DNA of 64,000 nucleotides from Camelus ferus. Taxonomy: Eukaryota. A model generated the notes under the pieces. The model searched no databases and had not been told where the DNA came from. It was given only the letters and a program-made list of their open reading frames with translations. Shown piece by piece: positions 23,990 to 36,800 of this stretch. Positions within the stretch are counted from its first letter, which is position 1, and each line of letters opens with the position of its first letter. The position numbers were made by a program, and so were the translations under genes. The stretch lies in NCBI RefSeq assembly GCF_009834535.1, contig NC_045696.1, forward strand, positions 2,854,001 through 2,918,000. Reading direction: 5' to 3'.

Positions 23990-25224
23990 AAGACAAGACA
24001 CAATAAACTTCCTAGAAGAAAACATAGGCAGAACATTCTCTGACATAAACCTTAGCCATGTTCTCCTAGGGCAGTCCACCCAGGCAATAGAAATAAAGCA
24101 AAAATAAACAAATGGGACCTAATTAAACTTACAAGCTTTTGCACAGCAGAGGAAACCAGAAGCAAAACGAAAAGACAACCTATGAAATGGGAGAACATAT
24201 TTGCAAATGATGTGACTGACAAAGGTTTAATTCCAAAATATGTAAACAGCTCATACAACTTAAGAAAAAAACAAACAACCCAATCCAAAAATGGGCAGAA
24301 GACCGAAATAGACATTTCTCCAAGGAAGACATCCAGATGGACAACAGGCACATGAAAAGATGCTCAGCATCACTAATTATCAGAGAAACGCAAATCAAAA
24401 CTACAATGAGGTTATCACCTCACACCAGTCAGAATGGCCATCATTCAAAAGTCTACAAATAATAAATGCTGGAGAGGGTGTGGAGAACAGGGAGCCCTCC
24501 TGCACTGCTGGTGGGAGTGTAGTTTGGTGCAGCCACTATGGAGGACAGTATGGAGGTTCCTTAAAAAATGAAAAATAGACTTACCATATGATCCAGCAAT
24601 CCCACTCCTGGGCATATATCTGGAGGGAATTCTAATTTGAAAAGACACATGCACCCCAGTGTTCATAGCAGCACTATTTACAATAGCCAAGACATGGAAA
24701 CAACCTAAATGTCCACTGACAGATGACTGGATAAAGAAGATGTGGTATATTAATACAATGGAACACTACTCAACCATAAAAAAGAATGAAATAATGCCAT
24801 TCACAGCAACACGGATGGACCTGGAGAACATCATTCTAAGTGAAGTAAGCCAGAAAGAGAAAGAAAAATATCATATGATATCAGTCATATTTGGAATCTA
24901 AAAAAAAGAGACACAAATGAATTTATTTACAAAACAGAAACAGACTCACAGACATAGGAAACAAACTTATGGTTACCAGGGGGCAAAGTAGGGTAGGGAG
25001 GGATAAATTGGGAGTTTGAGATTTGCAGATACTAACTACTATATATAAAATAGATAAACAAGAAGTTTGTACCATACAGCACAGGGAACTATATTCAATA
25101 TCTTACAGTGACCTATCATGAAAAATTGTATTAAAAGGCATACATGTGTATGTATGACTGAAACACGCTGTACATCAGCTACGGACGCAATACTGTAAAC
25201 TGAGTGTACTTCAATTAAAAAAAA
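23990..25224 (+). mobile_element. Younger 5'-truncated LINE-1 (ORF2 C-terminus, 3' UTR, A-tail)
   Basis: ORF 24659-24901 [31 protein letters not shown]...MPFTATRMDLENIILSEVSQKEK is the L1 ORF2 C-terminus; ends in tcaattaaaaaaaa. Confidence 0.93.
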
Positions 25225-25709
25225 TCTTAATCCAGAAAATGAACAAACACGTACCTGTAAGCGGGTGTCGGGAAGCGGGGGGTCCGGGTGGGAAGTTCCG
25301 TCGGTGTCTTGGGATGTTCTCGTCCAGTCTTAAGACTGCAGTGACCCGGGAGGCCAGCCTGAGAGGAGGCTCCAAGGCTGCGCTGAGGATGGGCTGAAAC
25401 TGCTGTTTTTCCTCTTTGCTTCCTGCAGGGACAAGCTGTGATGAATTTGTGCTTTTTCTTCTCAATTAGATTGACTTGAGTCTTGAGAGCAGAGACAATG
25501 ACGTATTGAAAAAAGATAATTAACCATTTGAAAGAGTGCAGTTCAGCGACATTTAGCCCATTCACGATTCACCACCACTTTCTATCTGGTTCCAAACGTT
25601 TTCATCGCCCACAAGGGGACCCCACACCCACTAAGCAGCAGCTCACCGTTGCCCCCTCGCCCAGCCCCTGGCAGCCACCAGGCCGCTTCCACTCTCCACG
25701 CAAAAGGAA

Positions 25710-26240
25710 ACTTGCCTTCACTCTGACGCCAAAAGTGCGGGACACCCCCTCCCCCAACCAACTCTCCATCTCCGACACCAGCTGCCCAGCGACTCAACTC
25801 AGTCCTGACACTGACGACCCTGCAGAGCCAGCAGCGACCCCGCCGCTCCCGGGCTCCGCCCCGCAAGGCCGCCCCGACTCCAGGGAGCCCCCGGCTCCCA
25901 CACTTGGCCTGACTCAGCTGCAAATCAGGGGTTCCCACCACCCCTTCCCTGGGTTTGGTAATTTGCTAGCACAGCTCACAGAATTCGGGGAAACACTGTG
26001 CTTGCATTTCCTGATTTATTATACGGGAACAGCCCGGTGAGAGCCACAGGGGGTGAGGTCCCCGAGGGTCCGGAGGCCAGGGCCTCTGCCCGTGGAGATG
26101 AGGTGCAGGGTCCTGCCGGCATGTGGGTGTGTCCACAACCTGGAAGCTCTGCCAGCTGCTGCAGTAGTCTTCCCACAGGCCTCGGGACTGAGTGTGATGA
26201 TCAAGTCACTGGCCATTGGTGGTTAACGCTCATCCTCACG
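25710..26240. mobile_element. ERV LTR, MER21-like
   Basis: ctgacgccaa...gacaccagctg...ggggttcccaccacccc...taatttgctagcacagctcacagaattcggggaaacact resembles recalled MER21 consensus. Confidence 0.6.
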
Positions 26241-28129
26241 ACCAGATGGAGGTAATTCTGACCGCTCCTTTAAAGCAGGACAGCTGAGGCCCGCGAGGTT
26301 CGAAGTAATCGATCTTGAATTTGGATCTGACTATTTGGCTTCTGGCAAAGCGCCTAGTCCCTGCTGGCCCAGGGGAAATCACCACCCTGTGGCTGGCCTG
26401 GGCGTCAGAAAAGCCTGTCTTCACTGCTGAGTGCCCTCCTTACGACCCCCACGAGACCCCTTCTCACTCTGAGTGTTCCCAATGAAATCTCCACAAGGGC
26501 ACGCACAGAGACGCACTTTCTGGCCCTTTCCAGTGTGCACAGTGATCGGATCTCGTCCCCCAAAGCCCCTCCTCGGCAGCTGCGGTCAGGTGTGATCAGA
26601 GGACCAATTCCCATTAAGTTGTCAGTGACGAATCAATTCCTCAACGTTCTTTTTACCCTTAAAAAGCTTCCAATCCAATAGTGTTTTATTCTGCCTTCTA
26701 AGTATGCTTGCCTCCACCTCTCCCACCAAAGCAGGGCCGGGCAAGACCTCCCCTCCCAGCCCTGAGCTTGTCCGCTTTTCCATCTCGCAGAGGGAAGAGA
26801 AGGCATTCCGTTTTTCCCTTTGTAGGTTGGAAATCACCTCCTCGCCATTTTGCATTTTCATGATGGACACTTCCTTAAAGGAAAAAAAAATGAAGTTCTG
26901 ATGGAGGAATTAAAAAAGTTCTTTCTGTGGGACACTTGGTGGCAGGAGGATCCAGCGTGTTCCCCAAGTCAGGTGGGGACGCCCCTCAGCAAGCGGGGGC
27001 TGCAGGCCAAGGAGCGGGCAGAGCACATCACACAGCAAACCCCGAAAGCTCCTTCTAGTCAATTCCTTGTGGCTGAGAAGACGGAAAACCCTGGGGAAGG
27101 AAGGGCAAGTGGAGTGCACGTGTGCGTGTGCGTGTGCGCCTGCAGTTGGGCACACGTGTGTGTGTGCGTGTGCACGTGTGCTTGCAGCATCCGGACCCTT
27201 CGCAGGGGAGGGACATGCATGTAATGGGCGCTCTCATTTCCTAAGACATTTGGATGAGCTGGAGGGGAGGCTGCCTGCCGGGGGGCTGCCGAGAAGGCTG
27301 TGAAGCGCCCTGTTCTGGCCGCTTCCCTCCATGAGAGTGTTTTCCCCAGTGAGACGCCTTCTGCCCCCCGGCTGCCCAGGGGCCACACTCGGTTCAGACG
27401 TGCTAAGGACCTGTTTCCTCGCTTTCTTCAGAACTTGGTCTCCTGCACTCACGGAGTTCTCAGCCTGACTTTCCTCTCCTCGTTTCCAGAGGACATGAAT
27501 CACACCCTTCAGAGAGGGTGATTGCTGTGCAGTGGAGTCAACCTGCCTGGGACCTTCCCTGAGTGTGCGGAGGACCCTCCCAGCTGCAGGGAAGCCCCTA
27601 GGAGTTGTGACAGGCCCTCCCCCTCCCCCAACCATCACTACGGGCTCTTTTGCCTGAACTCGCTCCTTGCACTCTGGCAATTGCTCAGACCTAGTTCTCT
27701 GAAGAGCCAGTTTACCAAATGACCAATTCCCTGAATTTATTGTTTCTTTGAACTAGTTTGTTTTAGTTGAACAGTTTTCAATTTGTGTTCACATTAGGGT
27801 GTCTGGGCTGTTCTGTCTCTGCCTCAGCGGCCTGGAGATGGGGGAACATGGAGAGGGGGCTTTTGAGAAGGCACTGCAGAGGCCGCTTTAAGCCTGTAAC
27901 CTTGACTATGAAGACTTTTGATCAACCAGCTCTTTATTAAAATGAAGTAACTTTCATAAAACAAATATTCTGTAAAGAAGAATAAATTAAAGACTATATT
28001 CAGTGATGCATTTTTCATAAATATATTTTTAGATGGATTTATTCTTCCATTTTTTTCAATCTGAAGGTGTAAAAGAGGTTGCTTGTTGCCTGTTCTGAAA
28101 CCATTCTCCATTTTTCCTTTAACAGAAGG

Positions 28130-29262
28130 TCTCCTTTTGGGGGAGAACCCTTGTGCCCAGTAAACAGTCATTTGTTTACTGGACGTAGGGAGGATTGAGG
28201 ACAGCCAAGCAGATGTATTTGGGAGGAACATTGTGAAGGGACTCACCTGGGAGGCATGCTCTTTGCCCTTCTGTTTATTTTCTTTCTGCTGGAATGTAGT
28301 CACAATGGCTGGATCTACTGTGGCCATGTTGGGACCATGAGGTGACCTTAATGATGACTGCTAAAAGGCTGAATGTACAAACAGACGATGACCAGATCAT
28401 ACATAAAAATAGACTCTGACCCACCAACTGTTGGAAGCTGTCCAGGAAACCAATGCCTTAGCTTACAGCCAGCCTGCTGTAAGCCCAGCAACAGTTTCCC
28501 CCACCAACAGCCTCTACCAGAGCACACCTGCAGCCTTCCTGTTTTTCCCCTGTGAAGCTTTCCCCCACTTCTGCCTGCCTGGGAGTCTATGACCCCCTTG
28601 CTGCAGCCAGCTCTGAAGAAATAGTCTTTACTTTCTCATTAGAGTGGGTTTCATTTATTTCCATGATGCTGTCTTTTGGTAGAGCAGAAGCACAGAAGGA
28701 CCTGGAGCTCTGGTTGATGGGGCAGCTGCCTTTCTAGCCCCAGACTGTGTTGGGGAAATAGAATGCAAGACGAAATCTCCTCCCAATCCAGAAAACATCT
28801 CCATAAAGGTAGAAGAAAAAGAAAACACTTTTATTAGTGAACACACGTTTAGCTAGAACGGGATGTGCGTCCCAGGCAATCTGCTACAGGGACTGCAAGG
28901 ATGGAAAGGAATCTTCTGCTTGCACGTGGCCAAGCAACTCCAGTCTACCATGATCATGTTTCCAAGATGAGAGTGCTCAGTTTCTTGTGCCTTCATGACT
29001 GGAGGTAGGGTTTGTGACTTGGAGCTGGGTGCCTGCTGGAGTGTGCCCGTCTCCTCCTGGGAAGCCGGGGGGTGGTGTCCACCTGGTGATTGCATTTCAG
29101 AGACCCTCCTAGTCCTTGAGGAGCTGTGAGACTGGCAGGAGACTGAATTCACAGTTGACCTACAACTGCCAGTTTCCAGACTTCTTAACATCACAGAAAA
29201 TAAGCCTCTACCATCTTTAAGACACTCTTTATGTAATATTAACTGCCAAATGCAATATCCAA
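28130..29262. mobile_element. MaLR (MLT1-like) LTR split by two nested ERV1-type solo LTRs (~28373-28663 and ~28748-29190)
   Basis: MLT1-like phrases (atggctgga...gccatgttgggaccatgaggtgacct; gagcagaa...gacctgg; aaaataagcct...tttaagacact) are separated by two TG...CA bounded segments with LTR-like content. Confidence 0.5.
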
Positions 29263-29604
29263 CAAAAGCACAGTTTTGTAGGATTTTTTCCCCCTAAGTC
29301 TGGAAAATTCTCTTATCTTTGAATATTGCCCCTTCCATGCCCTCTGTTCTCTCCTTCTTATAAAATATAAAATGTGTACTAGAGCTTCTCATTCTATCTT
29401 CCTTGTCTAAAGTTTTTGTTAATATTTTTCAACCTTTATCTGTCTGTGCTACAGATCTAGCCTCCAGTTCACTAATTCTCTCTTCAGCTGTATCTGCCTA
29501 CTACATAATCATTACATTAACTTTTAAAATTTCAATGAATCATAACAAATATATCTAAAATTTTTGTTCGCTTTTTAAAAATTTCTGCTTCTTTAACAAA
29601 TATT

Positions 29605-29892
29605 CTTTACAAAACAGAAACAGACTCACAGACATAGAAAACAAACTTATGGTTACTGGAGGGGAAAGGGGGTGGGAAGGGATGAACTGGGAGTTTGAGA
29701 TTTGCAGATACTAACTACTATATATAAAATAGATAAACAATAAGTTTCTTCCATATAGCACAGGAAACTATATTCAATATCTTGTAATAATCTATAATGA
29801 AAAAGAATATGAAAACAAATATATGTATGACTGAGACGCTAGAAACTGACACAACATTGTAAACTGACTATACTTTAATAAAACAAACAAAA
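29605..29892 (+). mobile_element. Young L1 3' UTR fragment
   Basis: tacaaaacagaaacagactcacagacatagaaaacaaacttatggttac...gtaaactgactatactttaataaaacaaacaaaaaa, near-identical to 24928-25220. Confidence 0.88.
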
Positions 29893-30039
29893 AACCCTAA
29901 AATTGTTTCATGTGTTACAAATGCTATTCTCTATATGCTGTCTAAAATAACCCACTTTAACTATGAAGACAAGGTAAAGGATGGAAAAAGATATATTGTA
30001 CAAAAACAAATGAAAAAAAAGCTGGATTGTCAAAGTCAA

Positions 30040-30162
30040 TTTTATTTTTATTTATTTTTTAAAATTAGATTTATTTATTTATTTAATGGAGGTGCTGGGG
30101 ATTGAACCCAGGACCTCATGCATGCTAGGCACGCACTCTACCCCTGAGCTACACCCACCCCC
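30040..30162 (-). mobile_element. vic-1-like SINE
   Basis: aatggaggtgctggggattgaacccaggacctcatgcatgctaggcacgcactctacccctgagctacacccaccccc. Confidence 0.85.
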
Positions 30163-30751
30163 TGACAGTCGAATTTAGTACAAGGACTGTTACCAGGGAT
30201 AAACAGGGACATTACATCCAGGTGAAGGGGCCAGGCTATCAAGAAGACATCACTGTCCTAAATGTGTGTGTCCTGACAACAGACCTTCAAAATACACAAA
30301 GGAAAACCTGAAAGACCTGAACGTTGAAATAAAGCACAATCACAGCTGGAGATTTCCGTGCTGCTTTCTCAGCAACCAGTGGAACAGGGGCCGGAACTTC
30401 CTGGGCCTGGCGGTCAGTGTGGCTCGCCTCCTGTGGGCTGCGGTGTGGGGGATTGGACCATGTGGGCAGGAGTCCGGCTGGGGTGGGTTTGTTGTTGCCA
30501 CGACTATTTCAGTGCCACGGACTTCAGATTCCTCCAGCTGTGGGCTGTGGCTGCCTCGTTGTTGGGAGGGGGGCTGCAGTGCTGGAGGGCCCTTCTCAGG
30601 GTCCCTACACCGCCTTAGCCTTTGGCTGTCCCTACAGGCCTGCCCCATAGAGCGGTCCCTCTCCGAGCTCTTATCCCTCCCCAGGACCCCGGATCTATGC
30701 TTATGCCCCAGGGACACGATGGTTTGATGCCCCTCCTCCAACGTCCTAGGT

Positions 30752-30889
30752 CTTTTTTGAAAATATTTTCTTGTTGGGGGAAGATGATTAGGTTTGTTTA
30801 TTTATTACCTTTGGTGGAGGTACTAGGGATTGAGCCTGGGACCTCATGCACGCTAGGCATGCACTCTACCTCTGAGCTAGACCTTCCCC
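30752..30889 (-). mobile_element. vic-1-like SINE
   Basis: gtggaggtactagggattgagcctgggacctcatgcacgctaggcatgcactctacctctgagctagaccttcccc. Confidence 0.8.
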
Positions 30890-33800
30890 AGCAGCCGAAG
30901 TCTTTTGCTTATAAAAGACTCTGGGAACCACGTGGGGCTTGTACCTGCCCAGGACCCACTGCTCACTTCATGCCCTGTGTCGCCACACGGCTCTCTCTAG
31001 TCCCTTGCTTTGTTCCTGATCTTTCTCGCGAGCAGTCGGTGGTGACCCGTGGCGGAGGGCTTGAAAGCGAGTGCAGACTCCCCTTACGTACGGGCCTCCC
31101 AGTTCTTTCCAGCTGTCATGTGAACTGGCCTTTAAGAATTTCTTGAAATTCTTCAGAATCCATATGGTGGTTACCTCTTTCTTCTGTGTCCTGTCGAAGA
31201 TGAAACAGTTCATGTGCTCTCTCTCCTTGAAGGGCTTTTTCCTTTTTGGAATTTGTTTTACTTTGTTCCTTTTTGGCTCATCTCTCTGCGGTTTTGAGGA
31301 TTATCGCACTTTTATCTTCGTGAGCCTGGCAGCTTTCTACATTCTAAGTGGAGACAGACGTCTCTGCTATGCATTTCATTGCAGCCTGAACCTAGTTAAT
31401 TCGCTCTGTCAGATCATTTTCAGGGGGGAGTTTCCACTGCAGGAGTCCTGGGCAATGCCAGCGTCCTCTGGGTTATATGTCATATGATGAGGTCGCAGCA
31501 GGAAACAGATGGTGCAGAAAACTGGGCCATTGAGGAAAGTTACAATGCTGCGGGTGGACTAAGAGAACTCAGTGTTCTAGTGCTTGTGAGGACAGGCAGG
31601 GGTGGCTCCTGAGGCTAGGAGGCACGGTGAGGGCAAACTGTTTCTGGGGTCCAGAGAGAGTGGCTGCAAGGCGGGGAGCAGCAGGGGCGGGAGCAGCAGG
31701 GGCGGGGCCCCCGGTGGGGGAGCGCAGCCAATCCGTGTCCACACATAAAACGTGCAAGGATATGGCAGAACTCAACAATACCCGAACCAGCAGGATGGAA
31801 CCAGCACTCACAGAACACTCCGGCAGTGACAGCACAGCACACTTGCTTTTCATATGTCCGTGGAACACGTCAAGATAGATGTCACCATGAACCTTAAATC
31901 AAACCTCAGCCAACTAAAAAGGATTGAAATCATGCTGACTGTGTTCTCTGAACACAGTGCAATCAGGCTAGGCATCAATAGCAGAAAGCTAGCAGGGAGT
32001 CCATGGATGATGGGGACTAGTCAGCACACTGCCAAGTAATCTTGGGTCAAAGAGGAAATTTCAAGGGGAATTAAAAATACATTGGACTGAATGAAAATGA
32101 AAATACAACATATCAAATGTAGCTGTAAGACAGCTAAAGCAGGGCTGAGAGGGAAATGCACAGCACTAAACGCTTCTATTAGGAGAGAGGCAGAATTTCC
32201 AATCCATAATCTAGGCTTCACCCTTAGCACAAAGACGAGCAAAATAAATCCAAAGCAAGCAGAAGGAAGGAAATAACAGATAAGAAAAGAAATCAATGAA
32301 ATTTAAAATAAAAAAATTATAAGAAGTTTAATGAAACAAAGAGCTGGTTCATTCAAAAGATCAATAAACTGAAAAGAGAATATATAAATTACCAAAATCA
32401 GGAGTGAAAGAGGGACTGTTAGCTTACAGAGCCTGCAGACGTCAAAGGGGTAATAGGGGAACAAGTCAAACAATTCTACACAAATAAGTTTTACAGCTTG
32501 AATGAAACTGACCAATTCCTTGAAAAGCACAACCTAGCAAAGTCACCAATGATGAAATACACAGTTTAAATAGCTCTGTAACTATTAAGGAGATTGAATC
32601 AATAATTAAAACACTCCCCCCGCCTCCAGGAAATTCTCTGACCTAGATGTTTTCATTGGAGAATTCTTCCAGGGTTTTGAAAAAGAATTAACACCAATTT
32701 TACACAATCTCTTGCAGAAAACAGAAGAGAAGGAAGCACTTCCCAGTTCATTTTATGAAGCTGATATCACCCTGATACCAAAACCAGATAAAGACAATGC
32801 AAAAAGGGGGAACCTACAGACCAGTATCCCCACCAGTCTATGCAAATATCGAATAGAATTCAGCATATATAAAAAGAATTAGTCACTGTGACAAAGTGGA
32901 GTTTATTTCAGGGGTGCAAGGCTAGTTCAGTATTCAAAAACCAATTTACTTCATTTTAACAGGCTAAAGAAGAAAAAATCACATGATCGTATCAATCAAT
33001 GCAGAAAAAGCACTTGACAAAATATAACACCCATGTATGACAGAAGCTCTCAGAAAAACAGGAATGGAGGACAATTTCCTCAAGCTAATAAAGTATGTCT
33101 GCAAAAATTGTACTTAATGATGAAAGACTGAACTCTTTCCCTCTGAGATCAGGACAAAGGCAAGGATGTCCACTCTCGCCACTCTTCCTCAGCGTGGTGC
33201 TGGGCATTCCAGACAATGCAATAAGGCAAGAGAAGGAAATAAAAGGCACACAGTTCAGCAAGGATGAGGCAAGCTGTCCCTGCTTGTTGAAGACATGATT
33301 CCTTGGAAAATCTCAAGGAATCTACAAAAGCAAAACCTCCTGGACCTAGTAAATGAGTTAGTAACTAAGGTCACAAAATACAAGATAAACATACAAAATC
33401 AATTGTATTTCTATAGACTAGAGGTGAATACATGGACACTGAAATTAAAAATACCCTTTACAATCACTCAAAACAAAACGAAAAATACTTAGGTCTAACT
33501 CTAACAAAATAGGACCCGTATGCTGAGAAGTATAAAATCCTGGTCAGAGAAATAGAGGTCTACATAAATGGAGAGACAGACCATATTCATGGATTGCAAG
33601 GCTCAAGATGTCAGTTCTTCCCAAATTGAAATACATGTTTAATGCAGTTCCTGTCAAAATCCCCGCAAAATTTTATAGATACAGAAAAGATTATTCTAAA
33701 CTTTATATGGGAAGGTAAAAAACTGTCTAAATATTTTAGAAAAAAGAAGCTAAAATGAGAGGGCCCACTGGATCTGACTTTAAGGCTTATTATATAGTTA

Positions 33801-36800
33801 CAGCAATCGAGACTGTGACACTGGTGGAGGGATGGACACAGAGATTAATGGAACAGAACCCAGAACCCAGAAATAGACCCACACACATGTGCCCAACTGA
33901 TTTTTGACAAAGATGCAAAAGCAACTTAATGGATGAAGGAGAGCTTTGGGAGAGTTTGTCAACAAATGGTGCTGGAGCAACTGGACATCCAGGGATGAAA
34001 AAACTGAACTTCAACTTAAATCTCACACTGCCTATAAAAGTCAACTCAAAATGGACCATAGATTAAAATGTAAAACTATATGACTTTTAGAAAAGCATTG
34101 GAAGAAAACCTTCAGGATCTAGGGCCAGGCAGAGAGCTCTTAGATTGGATGTCAAAAGCAAGACTGGTGAAAGGAAAGCGGATACATCGGACTCCATCAA
34201 AATTAACAATGTTTGCTCTGTGAGAGATGCTGTGAAGAGGATGAAAGGACGAGCTACAGACTGGGAGACGGTGTTTGCAAACCGCACATCTGACAGAGGT
34301 CTGGCACCCAGACTACACAGAGAATTTCCAAAACTCAGCAGTGAAAACAGAAAAACAACAACCCCTCCACAGACAGATTTGGAAGCGGGCAAAAGACACG
34401 CGAGTGTGTCTTGCCAGTGAGCATATGCAGAGCACATCTTTTCAGACATCCCACATCCTGGCCATCACAGACATGCGAATCAGAACCACAGTGGGCTCTC
34501 ACGGCACCCCTGTCAGAATGTCCAAAATAAACGCTGACAACAAACACCAGATGCTAGAGAAAGTGTGGAGACGCTGGGCCCTTGGACATTGCTGGTGGGA
34601 GAGTAACGTGGTGTGGTCATTCTGGAAAGTGGTTTGACAGTTGCCTATAAATCAAATGCATACCTGCCCTAGGACCAAGTGATTGCACTTCTGGCGTTCA
34701 TCCCAGAGAAATGAAAAGCCATATCCATGCAACGGCTGCTGCTGAACTTTTACAGCAGCTTTGTGTGCAGCAGCCCCCAGACTGGGAACAGCCCAGATGC
34801 CCTTCAACAGGTGAACATTTAAACAAACTGTGATCCATCCAACCATGGAACACTACTCAGCCATGAAAATGAGCAAGTGCCAGACGCACACAAGGACCGG
34901 GATGAACTTCCGGAGACTGGTGCCGAGTTCAATAAGCCAAAGGTAGAATACTGTGTGGTTCCGTTTACAGACCATTCACGAAAGGGCACCGTTACAGGGA
35001 CGGAGAGCAGACTAGTGATCGCAGGGGCTGAGGAGGGGGTGGGGTGGGAGGAAAGACGGCAAGGCTGAAAAAGGGCAGCAGGGGTCCTGGTGGGGATGGA
35101 ATTTTCTGCATCTGGACAGCATCAGTCCGCATCCCGGGGGGATATGGTATCAGGGTTGTGCAAGATGTTCCCGCTGGGGGAATCGGGGTGAAGTCTGTAC
35201 GGGACTCCTTCCTGTTCTTTCTTACAACTGCCTGGGAGCCTACAATTATCCCAAAATAAAAAGTTTAACTTAAAAAAAATCATTTTTCTTCGTTGTAACA
35301 TGAGACACAGCAAAAGAGAAGCTAATTTCCTGAGCCCACGTGTTTCCTGAGCACCCCAGGGCTGGGAGAACTCTCACCGGAAGGCAGACCACTTCCCTTG
35401 GCCTCTCCACGCACCTGATGATTCAGCCCAGCCCTCAGCGATCCCAGCCGGAGCAGACTGGAGCGGGGAAGTATGGGCCGGATGAGGCTCGCCGCAGAGA
35501 AACCAGTTCACTTGTTGGGTTTAAATGATGCTCCCCAAGATTTGGGCATGGTGGGGGCATCCCGTGAGATGGGAAATGTCCTGGGGGTTTTGGATGCAGC
35601 CTGTGGACGGAGGGTCACTGAGCCCCCCACCGTGATGACAAGGGTCTCCTGACCTGAGTCAGCATCCACTCTCCTTGTGTGGAATTTAAAGGAACCACAG
35701 GAGATCCCACTGGAGTCCCAGGATCGTGGAGGCCCCAAGAGGCTACTGTGCTGTGCCAGGAAGCACCAGCGCCAGGTGACCCACCTTGAGTCGGGGGCTC
35801 CCTCCAGGCTCCCCAGGAGGCAGTGCTTGTTGGAAACGATCAGTTTCACTGGGAGGAAGGACTCTTTGCTCATCCTCCCTGTGGGCAGAGCCGGTGATAG
35901 ACCGTGCCTCGCCGGCCAGGCTGCGGTTAGCGAGGACGTCATCGCTAATAAATAAAGCGTGGGCCTCGTGGGTTTGCATTATCTCGGCCCTCTCCCAGCG
36001 GCCGCTTGGCCCCGCCGGCCCCTCATTCACCAGCGGGCCGGCGACAGCTGTGCAAGGATGGTGGTGCGGGCGGTGCGTGGTGGCCTGAGCGGAGGCGGAG
36101 GACGCTGCATTTCTGCTAGAACTGCCTGCAGCGGCAAGAGCAGCTTTTGCTGCTGAGATGACACTTTACGAGCAAGAGAAAACACCCTTTTCATCTCTCT
36201 GCAGTCACATGTGCCTTTTCTATATACCCTTTCATTTTGGAACAAAAGCTGATGTATTTTTCCTAAAGACAAACACATGGAGAATCTATTTAGCAGAAAT
36301 GGTGGACAGCAGCTGGTCACAGCGGATCAAGAAAATACCGCAAGCTTTTCCCCGGAGGCTTTTATGAAATCCTATCAGAAATGAGTGGCCTGACATGTGG
36401 GGGGAGACCCACACATTTCAATTCTCATTCCCTCTTCTGATTTTCCCGTAAGTCAATTTTAACGCAATGCTGGTAACTCTTCAAGCTGAAAACTTGAGCA
36501 GCAAACCCGACCATCCTACCAGGTCAGCTCATGAATAACAGTCCAAGTGTCTGCCTTTTAACTGCTCACCCACCCGCCCACCCACGCCCTCACATGCGCA
36601 TCCAGCCTCCTTGAGCACGCCGCGTCTGCGTCCGTGTCCACACAGGCTGAGCAGGAGAATTTACCTCTCTGCGTTTCCTCGTGGCCGTCCTCACCCAGCC
36701 CACTTCTCTCAGATACCAGTGAGGGCAGCTCACTTGTCAGAAATTAGCTGAAGAGAGTAAGATTTTTTAAAAAAGCTTCCTAATGCTTATTGGCTTTTTT

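Larger units (their letters stand above)
29930..35280 (+). mobile_element. Long LINE-1 (L1MC1/2-like) ORF2 from endonuclease to 3' end, interrupted by SINEs and a ~1.35 kb insert
   Basis: Translations IEIMLTVFSEHSAIRLGIN (EN), AKAGLRGKCTALNASI, LNSFPLRSGQRQGCPLSPLF (RT) and VKRMKGRATDWETVFAN. The 3' end caagatgtt...ttcttacaactg...tacaattatcccaaaataaaaagttt is L1MC-like. Confidence 0.85.

Noticed and set aside
30085..30162. tRNA gene-like A/B boxes
   Set aside because: They are part of a multi-copy SINE with an A-rich tail; I see no intact cloverleaf.
29930..35280. Active LINE-1 ORF2
   Set aside because: It is broken by many stops, frameshifts and insertions, and I see no intact ORF1 or promoter.
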